Counted from the whole stretch's first letter, positions 1 through 12,023 are shown. The stretch: 57,406 nucleotides of DNA, filler included, from Squatina squatina (GCA_031763465.1; 4 parts of 4 records of this genome joined end to end with filler, not necessarily neighbours in it); one strand, 5' to 3'. Translations and numbers: made by a program. The notes: generated by a model from the letters alone, not told the origin.

Positions 1-178
1 TCCAGTGTGTATGTATTAGACAGTAGATAGAAGGGAATGCTTCACTCCTCTCTTGAACGGCCAATGTGTGTCACACTGCCAGCTGTTGTACAGGTCCAGA
101 ACATACCAAATATGGAAAGCATTGCCTGATCTCTCATGATTGCTGTTGCTTCATGTTATTTGTTACTATTTATTACAG

Positions 179-371
179 GGCTCTCCTCCACCAAATGTGA
201 GCTGGCAGAGAGACGGAATCCCCACCAAAGGCAGGGAGACAATCACAAAAGGGCCGAATATGTCACAGTTCCTGATCCCCAGTGCCCAGAGATCAGATTC
301 AGGGATGTACAGGATTATGTTGAAAAATGACTATGGTGAAAAATTTCATGATATCAGAATTCGTGTTGCAG
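179..371 (+). CDS. IGSF22: IGSF22 internal exon, Ig I-set domain (GSPPPNVSWQRDG...DSGMYRIMLKNDYGEKFHDIRIRVA)
   Basis: tattacag|GGC acceptor and GCAG|gtacga donor, phase 0 to 1. Ig motifs GxPxPxVxW and DSGxY. Splices in frame to the 1086 exon. Confidence 0.85.
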
Positions 372-384
372 GTACGATAATAAG

Positions 385-990
385 CTGGGACTGTAATTGT
401 GAATAACTGTACCTCTATAGATAACCATTGCCTCTCTAGGCAATATATGCCCCTTTGTATAAACTGCGCCCTCGCTGGGTAAACTCTCCCTGCGATAAGC
501 TGGATTTTATGGCTCGGCCAGATAGTTCAGTTAGTCAGTTTTGGTTGATGTTGTTTAAGGGATGGACCAGGTCACCAGGAGAACTCCCATGTTCTTCATT
601 GAATAGTGCCATATGCTCTTTTATGTCCACTTAATCAGGTAGACAGGGCCTTAGTTTAACAACTCATCCAAAAGATGGGACCTCCAACACTGTAGAACTT
701 ACTCAGTACTGCACTGAAATGTCAGCTATGAGTATGTGCTCTAATATCTGGAGTGGGGCTTGAACGTAGACCCTTCTGACTCAGAGGTGAGAGTGCTACC
801 ATTGAGTCAAGCTGTAAAAAACTGTGACCATGTTGGTGAACTGTGTCTCTGAGAGTAGACAGTGTCTCTGTGAATAAATTATGAACTTCTAATTATACTG
901 TGTCCCTATGGTGTAATCTCTTCCCCTATGTATAAGTTGTGCCAATGTTGATAGTCTCCGATCGATTAATTGTGGCCCCTGTGGGTAAGC
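385..990. repeat. Highly degenerate ~19-20 bp minisatellite (consensus roughly taaactgtgcccctgtggg), interrupted by a SINE
   Basis: Recurring units such as ataactgtacctctatag, ataaactgcgccctcgctggg, gaactgtgtctctgagag, atactgtgtccctatgg and taattgtggcccctgtggg on both sides of the SINE. Confidence 0.45.
545..814 (-). mobile_element. Deu-domain tRNA-derived SINE (SacSINE1/AmnSINE-like)
   Basis: Deu core gagaactccc...gaatagtgcca...tttatgtccac...gacagggcct...gtttaac...tcatccaaaagatgg, plus a reverse tRNA-like head (ggggcttgaac...gctaccattgag). Confidence 0.8.
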
Positions 991-1085
991 GTTGCTCGGT
1001 TTGGTTAGGTTTTGGCCCATATTGCTAAGCTATCAAACAGTAAGCGGCCCCTGAATAAGTGTTGCCTGTTTGTTTGTTTTTTCAG

Positions 1086-1385
1086 ATTTTCCACGCCCAC
1101 CCACTAACTTACACCTGGTCGAGGAAGTTCCGAACACAGTGACCCTCACTTGGGACCACACTCCAGATAACATCGAGGATGGTCGTGTACAGTATGTGAT
1201 AATGAAGCGTGATGCCAGCACTGCGACCTGGTTCACAGTAACAGACCGCGTCTTTGGCAATAAGTACACTGTGACAGGTCTGCTTCCAGGCAGGAAGTAC
1301 TTCTTCAGGGTGATTGCTCGGAACGACATTGGAGACAGCGACCCACTGGGTTTGAAGGAACCATGGTACCTTGCCAGAGACAAAG
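1086..1385 (+). CDS. IGSF22: IGSF22 internal exon, fibronectin type III domain (DFPRPPTNLHLVEEVPNTVTLTW...GRKYFFRVIARNDIGDSDPL)
   Basis: ttttttcag|AT acceptor, AAAG|gtacat donor, 300 nt, phase 1-1. Very close to the last FN3 of mammalian IGSF22 as I recall it (EEVPNTVTLTW, IMKRDASTATW, NKYTVTGLLPGRKY). Confidence 0.9.
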
Positions 1386-3368
1386 GTACATCCTTGATGC
1401 AGCTGCCCACCTCAGATGTTAGAGACCAAAACAAATCAGTAAAAAGAACTAGCAATTCCACGGTGGTGTGCTTCACAGCGAGTTGGAGGTGATGATATGA
1501 CAAGGGAGGTGTTGGGGATTGAGAGTAGGGGAATGAGAATGAGTGACTTCTGATAAAAATGGAAATAAGTTTGACAGCTACAGATATAGTGAGCTAAGTA
1601 CTTAGAATTAAAATAGTGNNNNNNNNNNNNNNNNNNNNNNNNNNNNNNNNNNNNNNNNNNNNNNNNNNNNNNNNNNNNNNNNNNNNNNNNNNNNNNNNNN
1701 NNNNNNNNNNNNNNNNNNCTGCCCACTGGCAGGCTGAGGCTTCCCCGAAGCGATTTCCGACCAGGCCTCGAAATGGGCAGCCCAGCACTTGGGCCCAGAA
1801 CAGACGGGAGCTTATTAAAATATTTAAATTCAGATCCTATGCTGGTTGTGGCACTCCGCCGCAATTTTCGTATTTGGCCACTGAATAGCCTAACCAGCAG
1901 TCCTTAAGGTATCCACGACAGGCTATTCCATTAAACTGACTTTAGTGGGGGTCAGGAGGAGCATGAATGCTGATGCTGGCTCCTATTGTTCTCTCTCCTT
2001 CCCCGGGATTGCCACTTCACCTACTTTGAGCGATGACTTCTAGTTTGACTCGGCCTCTCGCTATCATCATTGGGTAGGTGGTGCGATTGCTCCACCCAGC
2101 ACCCACACAATGTGTGCTATATCTGAAAAATCGGTCCGAACAATCTTTGAGGTGTTAAAATAAATTGTAATTTGTTATGAGTAATTAAGAAGGGATTTGA
2201 GGTGATGGGGCCACTTTTTGGGAGGGGTGCTGGTAGAGAGGCATCAGAGAAGCTTAGTTCTGTGCTCCCGATTCAGTATAAAGAGTTTTTTCACATCTTG
2301 ATACAAATGGGTCAGTTGCTTAAGGCCTCATTAGTCAGTAACTAGCAGTGTCTGGCTCAAGTAAACATATACTTTAGCCACACACAAGATGGAATTCCAG
2401 ATCCATTAAGTTCCCATTAAGGTATTTTCTGATAACTGATGTAATCAAAACCCTGATCCACAGAATATTCCAAAAGCTGCCTCACTGCTTATAGAAATGG
2501 AGTTCNNNNNNNNNNNNNNNNNNNNNNNNNNNNNNNNNNNNNNNNNNNNNNNNNNNNNNNNNNNNNNNNNNNNNNNNNNNNNNNNNNNNNNNNNNNNNNN
2601 NNNNNAATGGAAAATGCAGCAACAGAGGGAAACAATAATGAAGGGGGCAATAATGTAAGATGCAGTAATGGAGGGAGGCAATGACAGAGGGAGCAGTAAT
2701 GGAAAGGGGTAGTAATTTTGGCATTGATGATGGAGGGAGCAATATTGAAAGGAAGCAGTAGCTGAGGGACAGTGACATAAGGAGGCAGAACTGTGTGCAA
2801 TGCATGCTTTCATTATCCTTGTGTTATGTGATGTGATATTAAACAACTTGAAGAGACGGGAGAAAATTGTAAGGCAGTGACAGAGTTAATCCTTATGCAC
2901 AATTTTTAAAAGCTTCCTGACATGTAATGAGCTCGTAGGAACTACTCTGTAATACCAAAAACAGTTGGGCTGCACCTCTGTAAGAATGCCAAGTGGGGCT
3001 GCTACAAGCTCTTTCATGTCTCCACAGTAATGAAATGTCTCATTGCTGCAAACCAACTCTGCACTATACAATTTTAAATGCTAATATTTTTTCAAATTAT
3101 AAATGAAGTTTTCAAAAGTTTGCGTATTGGCACACAATCTGTGAAATCATTGTGCATTTTGATCACAAGGTGCTTGTGGAAGAATACTTTGGTATATTGC
3201 ATTACATAGTGTGGCTGTGCTTGCTCTGGGAGTGATGCATTTGTAAGAGTTAAAAGAATTTGTTTAGTCTTGGTCCTCTGGTTTCTATTGAGCTGTGGGG
3301 AGAAGGTCTTGCCTACATCAATTAATGGCTCGGGTGTTTGGGTCATTTTTCCTGCTTGGCCTTAGGTG

Positions 3369-3810
3369 TGTCGCTGCCCCAGGCAGGATACATTTGGGCC
3401 ACTGCCCCAGGCAGGATACACTTGGGTCACTGCCCCAGGCAGGATACATTTGGGTCACTGCCCCAGGCAGGATACAGTTGAGTCACTGCCCCAGGCAGGA
3501 TACATTTGGGTCACTGCCCCANNNNNNNNNNNNNNNNNNNNNNNNNNNNNNNNNNNNNNNNNNNNNNNNNNNNNNNNNNNNNNNNNNNNNNNNNNNNNNN
3601 NNNNNNNNNNNNNNNNNNNNNGCGGGATACATTTGGGTCACTGCCCCAGGCAGGATACATTTGGGTCACTGCCCCAGGCGGGATACATTTGGGTCACTGC
3701 CCCAGGCAGGATACATTTGGGTCACTGCCCCAGGCAGGATATATTTGGGTCGCTGCCCCAGGCAGGATACATTTGGGTCACTGCCCCAGGCGGGATACAT
3801 TTGGGTCGCT
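3369..3810. repeat. 28-bp tandem minisatellite (cactgccccaggcaggatacatttgggt), spanning a gap
   Basis: About 12 near-identical units visible on both sides of the 100-N gap. Confidence 0.95.
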
Positions 3811-4714
3811 ATCCTGGCCTGGCTTCAAGGGAGTTTCTGCCCCGACCAGACTACAGTTAGGTGCCTGTCATGGTTAATTTGAGGCACTGGGAGTTGGGGT
3901 GAGTGCTGACACTCCCTCTGTGAGGTCTAAGGTGTCGTGCTGCTGGTATGAAGTAATGTGCTGGGTTTTCTGATTCTTGTCCGGAATATTCAGAGATGTC
4001 AACCGTGGCAGTTTGTATACCAAGAGGCTGTGAGTGTTCAGAGTGGGGCCAAGTCCTGGGGCCACACAAGGCTTTGTACTGGAGCTACCTGCCAAAACCA
4101 CAGCCCGTCTGTACAAATACACTCTGAGCTCTCATAAGATTTGAAATGAAATTTGGAATCGTTGCCTATGCTTTTAGTGATCTCCAGACCCAGTGAGGAT
4201 GAGAGAGATCAAAGTTTTATTGAAATGAGAGATTAAAGTTTATTTTCTTTATTAAAAAGGAAAATGGTAACTAGTTGGTGGAAAGAGCAATGGAGCGGAG
4301 AGTTTTCAGAAACCAATGTCTTGGTGAGAGATCCACTCTCATAGTTTATGCTGCTTTGAATCCCAGTGAGATTCTTTTACGATAGTCACTCGCACACTTG
4401 CATTAAACTAGAACACCCTCACATTATTGCATTATTAAAACAAAATGATCTCTGTGAATGAGAATGACATGCTGGCCATCCTATGATTCAGACAGTACCT
4501 CTAAGATTTTGGTTATGATATTTTTTGGCTTCTTCTTTAATCTCATTTTTCTAATTCTGGCATCACACATTTTCACATCCACCATTTTATCAAGTTTCTT
4601 GATTGCTTAAGAACACTTTTTTTGTTTGCTCCTCCACCATCCCACAAAAAAAAATTGTCCAGTTAGAATAATTGTTCTTAGGATGTGGGTTTATTGATTG
4701 CCCACAGATTACAA

Positions 4715-4807
4715 CATTTATTTGAATTCATTTTCACAATTTGCCATGGCAGGATTTGGACTCGCAACCTCTGTAGTGTTCGTCTAGTATCATAACTACT
4801 AGGCTAC
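4715..4807 (-). mobile_element. tRNA-derived SINE head fragment
   Basis: Reverse strand reads gtagcctagtagttatgatactag...gagtccaaatcctgccatggca, similar to the head at ~38023. Confidence 0.5.
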
Positions 4808-5380
4808 GATATCCATTTGTATTTAACATGGAAAGAATTCTCCAAGACACTTCAGAGATGTGAGGAAAGTGGATGCTCTGCTAAAGAAAGAAGGAGCAGT
4901 GAGGGTGACTAACAACTTGGTTAAAGTGGGTCTTGTAGGAGGAGGTAAGAGGGGTTTANNNNNNNNNNNNNNNNNNNNNNNNNNNNNNNNNNNNNNNNNN
5001 NNNNNNNNNNNNNNNNNNNNNNNNNNNNNNNNNNNNNNNNNNNNNNNNNNNNNNNNNNTATAATACGTAAGTTACAATCAGATCCTGAGAGCAAATGCTT
5101 CAGCGTATGTTTGTTTTTTTTAAAGGGTCTTATCCCCTTGATGATGAATGTTCAAGCAGGTTTAGCTTCCCTGTTTCAGCCTGCTCCAGAATCTGTGCTG
5201 CTGTGCAACCACTTTGGCAGCTCAAGTCTTTGTTTTGTTCAGACATTCTCTCAGTCTGTATCCGTACTGAGTAAGAGGCAGGTGAGGGCATTCTATGGTG
5301 GCACAGCTGTGGGTTTGCGCAGACTTTTTCTCTGGGAAGAGTGCTGTATATTTACCATCACCTTTTTGCTTTGTTTATAG

Positions 5381-5470
5381 CTGTTTGTTCCTTTGGATGT
5401 GGGAACGGTTACTGCATTTCACCCAACCTCTGTTTCTGCAGAGGAGGACAACAAGGAATCTCCTGCTCAG
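5381..5470 (+). CDS. VWCE-like gene exon, EGF-like (VCSFGCGNGYCISPNLCFCRGGQQGISCS)
   Basis: ttgtttatag| acceptor, CAG|gtaacc donor, 90 nt, phase 1-1. Resembles human VWCE [28 protein letters not shown]. Absent from the ORF track in this frame. Confidence 0.85.
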
Positions 5471-7511
5471 GTAACCATGGCAGCTATCAGCTGTGTTTGT
5501 GATAATGTAACTGTAGTGCTTGGTTTTGGCTTCACCCTAGATAGGAGGGTGGGGAGAGAGGACATTTTTTTGTGTGAGGCATAGTTTCATTGGTTTTCAT
5601 AAAAGCCTGTTTAGGAGGGGCCGTATATTGGGGTGCAGGACTGCTTTTGTCTGAGGCACACGGGTTTTGAATCTAGCCCAGATTTAGCAGTATTACTGAC
5701 CTACTGTTCTTAAATAAAGCAATAAGTATCGCTTTTCTTTCTATTCGGCTGCAGCCAATGATAATTTTTGAAAAAGTGAATTATTTTTTCCCTGCTCTTC
5801 TTGAATCAGAGTTTTAAATTCCTATTAGCTCCGTGACTCATTTAGAAAGGCCAAGACCAGCCTATGAATTCAATATTAAAATCCACCATATTTAATTCCC
5901 ACATAGGAGCCTGGAACAAGGGTAAAGGGGGACAATAAATCAATCCCTGTACTTCATAACCCACAATAAAGCAAAATAAGACATAATTAAACAGTATTAA
6001 CATTAGTCTATTAGCAACCCACACAAGTTTCATGAAACAAGGCTTATGGCATCAAGGACAATGAAGGATGATTTTTACACCCACTTGTATGATAAACCAT
6101 TACTCGCTTGTCACTTTTTGTCGTCAGCCTACTATTTGGTGAAGTTCTGCTAGTTTTGTGATATGACCACAGCAGGAAAAGAATACTGGCAGTTTGAGAA
6201 GAGATTCAAAAGTAAACATCTATATGTTTGTTTTGAGCAATGGTGATCACCTGGCCTCCTATAACACTGGCAATTTATTTTCCAAAAGTGGTCATGTGAC
6301 CTTTCAACTCTTCATGTTGCTTTTAAGCAATTTCATTGGCCAATAGCGATCACTTAGTTATTGTATTCATGTCATTTTTCTAGTAATCTTATTGCCAGTG
6401 ACTAACCTTACTGATATTTGACTGAGAAAGATCTGGGCCCATGCTAGTAAAGCCATGCCAAGGTTGAGACTAGAATCCTGTGGGTTTTTGCTTATTTTTG
6501 GTAACAATGCAATTGTTTCCATGGTAGCCATTGGTTATTGTTTTTGATCACTGTGATTGTTCCGTTGGAACATTTTCACTGAAGAATCTCATCTTTTCTT
6601 TGGACCTAATGCTCATTACTCCCTGGTAGCCATATTACTATGACATTCAATGATAAATTAACGTCACATAGTAACTTGCCTTCAAAAATATGTTGCCGAA
6701 GTCATAAATGGAAAGTAATTTGGAAGGAGGGTGTTCAACAATTTCATCCGATTTATTATAACGGCTGATCAGTCTCTGGTAACCATGTGACCGTTGCTGT
6801 GGTAATGCTGCTCATTGTTTCTTGAGCATTTCTATTACAAAATTAATAGCGTAGAAGCAACAGAATAGCAGGGAAGATAAACAGTTTTTTAAAAAAGGCA
6901 TGGGATCAACATCCCTTGAGATCAATTAGTTGCAATACGGTGGCCCTGAAATTGAGATCTTCCCGGGTGGGAACAATGTTCCCACGCACCCGGGGAGACA
7001 TCGCAAAAGCTGGTTATGGGGCTGTACATCATAACTTCTGGACAGATCCAATGCTGAGGCTGCGAAGCCCATCCCTNNNNNNNNNNNNNNNNNNNNNNNN
7101 NNNNNNNNNNNNNNNNNNNNNNNNNNNNNNNNNNNNNNNNNNNNNNNNNNNNNNNNNNNNNNNNNNNNNNNNNNNNTGTTGATCATGGAACTCTGTTTAA
7201 ATGCTATTTAATGCTCTGTTCGTTGCTCAGATTTCTCTGCTCAGTGCTTTACTCCTGGCAGAGAGGGCAGTTGCGTCCAGTCAGAAGCATGTGTGAGAGG
7301 CCGAGAATGGCTTCATTTTATGTTCCTTTCGATGCTTGTCCTCAATTGTTTTCTTGGCTTTTTTTTGAGCACATTTACCCACCTCTCTCTTGTTCCCCAC
7401 CATTTGCACATTTCCTGTATGCAGTATCTCCCTCTTTCTTGTTTCTTTACTCTTTGATGAGTACTTTCAGACACAGTGTCAGTCGCTGTAAAGGTTTCCA
7501 TTGTTTTTCAG

Positions 7512-7631
7512 GAAACCCACCCTCATGCCTGAACATGCACTGTGACCAAAGCTGTGCTCTGATTGGAGGGGTGCCTGTTTGCAGCTGCTATGGTGGTTAC
7601 TCTTTGGGGAAGGATGGGAAGACCTGCTATG
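7512..7631 (+). CDS. VWCE-like gene exon, EGF domain (NPPSCLNMHCDQSCALIGGVPVCSCYGGYSLGKDGKTCY)
   Basis: tttttcag| acceptor, G|gtaagg donor, 120 nt, phase 1-1, six-Cys EGF spacing. Confidence 0.85.
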
Positions 7632-7855
7632 GTAAGGCTGATGGGTGCCTATCAACATTGAGTAGAATCAACTTCGATAGACTTTATAGGGCACAGTGTA
7701 CTCTCCTTTTGAATTAGCAATCAAATGCCTGCATCACGAATGGCCTGGTTTGCCCCTGTGCAGATGTTCTTTGCTGGAGTGCCCAGGTTCTGCAGAAGCA
7801 TCGTCAGTACTTGCTTGCACTGTGTAGCCCATTTCACCTGAAGCCAGTTGCCCAT

Positions 7856-8046
7856 TTTTATTTCTCTTTCAAGGACCCAATTAAGAATTCACTCTTGGAT
7901 AAAGGCCTTCCCAGTGGCATTTCTGCTTTTGTCTCTGGGAGTTTCAATGGAATGATGGTGTGTTTCATTTTATACCCCCTCAGTGCAGTGATTGCAAATG
8001 TGCAATCTCACATTGGAGAAGAGAAAATGAGCCTTCGGAATTTCAT
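7856..8046 (+). pseudogene. SLC25A53-like mitochondrial carrier fragment, truncated at the 5' end and running into a gap
   Basis: FYFSFKDPIKNSLLDKGLPSGISAFVSGSFNGMMVCFILYPLSAVIANVQSHIG resembles SLC25A53 LYFSFKDPIQDGLAEQGLP...VSGSVNG...LYPLIVLVANMQSHIG. Similarity stops abruptly upstream. Confidence 0.65.
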
Positions 8047-8146
8047 NNNNNNNNNNNNNNNNNNNNNNNNNNNNNNNNNNNNNNNNNNNNNNNNNNNNNN
8101 NNNNNNNNNNNNNNNNNNNNNNNNNNNNNNNNNNNNNNNNNNNNNN

Positions 8147-8731
8147 GCAACATCAGGATGCAGTTGAGTGTGGCATTGTACTCACATTTCCTGACCTCAT
8201 GTGATCACTAAATCTCTTCTGGCATTGAATCCAGGAGCGGTTGACAACACCCCTGCTACTCACTTCTTGGGCAATCTCCAGCCATGCACTCATGGTTTCT
8301 CTGGCTGCTCTTTTCCTGCCTTGCCAGGGAATAGTACCTCCCTGCATGCTCCGCCTCCCTGGACCAGGAGTTGAGTTAAAGTTGAATGCGCAGTGCAGAA
8401 CTCGCTGTTGAAAACTTCAGGATGGTGACCCACTACGTGGCCCGCACACACCCACCCCGACTCTAAGGTAAACATTCTGACCATACTGGTTCAGACTCTG
8501 CGCTGCTCATTAACGATTCTTCAATCTGATTGGTCGAGGAGACACACAGTTGCTTGCCCTGTTCACACAGGTTCTGCAGAGGGCACCGTGCCATTTCTAT
8601 CTCCATCTCCCACTTACAGCAACTTGCCATGCAAAAGCTCAAGGGTATTAAACGGGCACGGGCAAGTCTAATGAAAGGCAGGCGCCATTTGTTTGGCGCC
8701 GTTTGCTCGCTGCCTACAGTAAATTCTGGCC
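8147..8731 (-). mobile_element. Decayed PIF/Harbinger-type element with a frameshifted Myb/SANT-like ORF
   Basis: Two frames give LLVQG..CREVLFP and GRKRAARETMSAWLEIAQEVSSRGVVNRSWIQCQKRFSD, the W..IA..V...RSWxQCxKRF Myb/SANT signature. The terminus gtaaattctggcc resembles the TIRs of other elements here. Confidence 0.7.
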
Positions 8732-9574
8732 AAATAAATTAGCATTCAGGAAACAAATTGACTCTGTAAGAAAGTGGGGTACCGCTCCCTCTGCAAAATA
8801 GCGTTAACCCCTTAAGATTGGGGATTGTGATGTCTTTTTCATGAGGGCCATCAACAAGCACACTAACCCTTCTGTGTAACGGCACTGAGTTATGCTTTAA
8901 ATGAAAGATATATTTCCTCTCTATTGCTCAGCACAAAACTCAAAATTCACACCCAAAACCCTGTGCACAATGAACAGTTTTCAATATTTATCATTATTTA
9001 ATGACTTAATTATAACGATGTACACAAAGAATTAGAGCACAACCTGAAAGCAGAGTAAAGCATTGACAAATTCCACTCAGCTCCAGAATCTCACTTCACA
9101 CTGGATAAGTCAGTGTGTAATACAAGCAAGCTTAAGAGGATATAAAAGAGGTAGTTTCCCAACCTCAAGCTTCTGTCGGGCAGCATAACCTGGCAATAGT
9201 GCACACCAGAAGTTATGGTGCAATTTGCAAATGATTTTTGGGCCATAAATTTAAATGGTTAGAAAATAATTCACAGTGCATTTACACATTTCCGATTTGC
9301 TTTCCTGCCAAGCAAGGCTCCCCAAGGATAGTACAGTAATAAAAGTCAATGTAAAATTTGTACCCTTCACAAGTCTAAATCAGAAATCACAATTTATCTA
9401 AATGCATTTTTAACGAATTTCTTATGAGGACACTTTGTTATAAAGCATGAAACTATTTTAATTTTGAGGCCCAGATTTCAGTGACACAAGAATGCACAAT
9501 TTTTCATGCTGTCACCACATCGTGTTGAAGTAAATATATTGAAATCTGTTACATTCATAATGCATATAATGATC

Positions 9575-9750
9575 TTAAGTGTCTTTTGAATGAGGTAGTT
9601 GCGACAATCTTCTCCCTAAATTCAATAGCTCCGTCCTCACAGCAAATTCCATGTCTGTAACAAACAGCAGCAAATTGTCCAGACAGTACTGAAGATATTC
9701 AAAAGCCAACACCTTCATCACATCATCAATTTCAGGCATTCTCTTTGAAT
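9575..9750 (-). CDS. Terminal coding exon of an unidentified antisense gene (NSKRMPEIDDVMKVLAFEYLQYCLDNLLLFVTDMEFAVRTELLNLGRRLSQLPHSKDT*)
   Basis: tgttgcttacacag| acceptor, phase 1, 58 open codons ending in TAA. Joins the 10156-10213 exon in frame. Confidence 0.6.
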
Positions 9751-10155
9751 CTGTGTAAGCAACACTCGAGGAGCAAAGGACCAGTGTCTATCTGTTAAAA
9801 ATTGGAGGCAAATTGCTAAGCTGTCCTTCTGTGGTCTTTATGGCCACACCCTACTATATTGATAGAGAATCCGAATAGACATGTTTAATAAAGTGAGTCA
9901 CCATTCAAGTACAATTACCTCTAAGTGATTAGTACACCTCACTGACAAGAGCTAAGGATTATATCATTCGAAAATACAGCAGTGAGGATCAATGACATAC
10001 AGCACCCCAGTAACATATATGCAGAGCAAATACCAATATAAGCATCATGATTGTAACGGATAGCATAAATAGGACTTTCAGTGGGTAAATAATGTCTGCA
10101 TCTTCCTCCCAATCTAAGAAATGCTGACTGCCTTTCTTCAAGGACAAGCACTCAC

Positions 10156-10213
10156 TCGCAGCCAACTCAAACATTCCATAATAAGCCTTGTTTCCACTTT
10201 GTGGCGCTGCATA
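10156..10213 (-). CDS. Penultimate exon of the same antisense gene (YAAPQSGNKAYYGMFELAA)
   Basis: tgtttcttttcag| acceptor and A|gtgagt donor, 58 nt, phase 0 to 1. Confidence 0.6.
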
Positions 10214-11138
10214 CTGAAAAGAAACATTGCAGTCAACATGACATACAATGCTCCTACTTTATCTAATTTTGAAATAATTTGTCTTTACACNNNNNNNNNN
10301 NNNNNNNNNNNNNNNNNNNNNNNNNNNNNNNNNNNNNNNNNNNNNNNNNNNNNNNNNNNNNNNNNNNNNNNNNNNNNNNNNNNNNNNNNNNNNNNNNNNN
10401 NNNNNNNNNNNNNNNNNNNNNNNNNNNNNNNNNNNNNNNNNNNNNNNNNNNNNNNNNNNNNNNNNNNNNNNNNNNNNNNNNNNNNNNNNNNNNNNNNNNN
10501 NNNNNNNNNNNNNNNNNNNNNNNNNNNNNNNNNNNNNNNNNNNNNNNNNNNNNNNNNNNNNNNNNNNNNNNNNNNAATTAACAGTTATTCCTTATGTTTA
10601 CCCCTAAAATGAAATGGAGAATGTGTAAGTGTATTAATTTTAAAAATATGTCCTCCCTCATCTACATCATTTAGTGCCCCAGGGGAAAAAATTGGAACAT
10701 TCTTGTTGGGTCTTTGTCGATTACATTCTTGCGCTTATCCCTCATCGGCATGGGCTATGGTGGCTCGATTTGCCCTCGAACTCTTTTCTCTCTCCTGTCG
10801 GGAAAATTATGACTTTCATGTTTTGCCTTCTTTGTGACTTTCCTGAAACCAATGCTCATTGTGGAAACTGTAGACTTAGGCATCCTATAATTCTGTGGTG
10901 CACCACACAATGGAAAAAAAATGTTTTAAAAGCATTTGCTGTGCCAACCAACTTGTTTTGAAAGGCGGTGATGTTTTCTTGTTCTAATTAATAAAATAGT
11001 CACAAAATTTACTATTTATAGTACACAAAGTCTGCGGTATTTGGATCTGTGCACAAGCTATGAATTTGCAGTGGCCTAATCCAAAAATGCTTGGCTGTGA
11101 CTCATGACAACTGCCCTCCTTTTTTGTGTTACTTGTAG

Positions 11139-11291
11139 ATGTGGATGAATGTTCCCGATATGGAGGGCAAAGCCTTTGCCAGCAAATCTGCAAGAATAAC
11201 ATTGGCAGCTACAGATGCCTCTGTTATCAAGGATACCAGCTCTTAGCCAATGGGCGCACCTGCATTACTTCAAAATATTTAGGCCTTACTG
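11139..11291 (+). CDS. VWCE-like gene exon, calcium-binding EGF (DVDECSRYGGQSLCQQICKNNIGSYRCLCYQGYQLLANGRTC)
   Basis: acttgtag| acceptor, G|gtgagt donor, 153 nt, phase 1-1. DVDEC and CxNxxGSYxC consensus. Confidence 0.9.
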
Positions 11292-11434
11292 GTGAGTAAC
11301 AGCTTGTTAATGACAATAACATTTCTTCAGCATCTTTAACATAAAAGTGCTTCACAGAAGCGTAATCAAAAAATGGATGTTGAGTCAAAGAAAGAGAGGT
11401 TCAGAGAGTTACCAAAAGCTTAGTCAAAAGAGAT

Positions 11435-11696
11435 GGGGCACCCAATTGGCACTCCGGCACTCGTGTTAAATGGGCGGAGAAAAGGTGTTAGGGGTCTAAT
11501 GCCCGTTTCTGGTGCTAAATTGATATTTGCGCAATTGGCCGCAGTTTAGCGCCGGTGCTAAATGGGCGCTAATGTGGGAGCGCTAGAAATGTGGCGCTAG
11601 GCGCTAAACGGCCTCCGTGACGTCATCAGAGGACGCACTGCCCAAAATGGCCACCCGACAAAGAATTGCACTCAATTCTTTGGGCGCTAAACGGGC
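11435..11696. mobile_element. GC-rich non-autonomous DNA element with repeated (t)agcgcc/ggcgcta motifs, left part
   Basis: Starts ggggcacccaattg. The reverse complement caattgggcgcc ends a similar element at ~25565. Confidence 0.55.
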
Positions 11697-12023
11697 NNNN
11701 NNNNNNNNNNNNNNNNNNNNNNNNNNNNNNNNNNNNNNNNNNNNNNNNNNNNNNNNNNNNNNNNNNNNNNNNNNNNNNNNNNNNNNNNNNNNNNNNAGAT
11801 TAGAATGGGCACCTAGTTCTTTAAAGTCACGTGTAAGTCAAACAAACAGCTAACACCTCTTGCTCCACCTGTAGTCCTGCCATGTTTAAGTACTCCAGCT
11901 CTGTTTCATGATGCTATGTTTATCAGCTCGTTTGTTCAAAAATAATCCAATAAGGTCCATACAGATTAGCGGCAGGAAAATTGTCAATCTACAATCTGAT
12001 ACTGATTTATTGTTGTGTTGCAG

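Noticed and set aside
3295-3882. Long ORFs of 123-195 aa, one with a signal-peptide-like start
   Set aside because: They are produced by the 28-bp repeat and an N gap, and are open in several frames.
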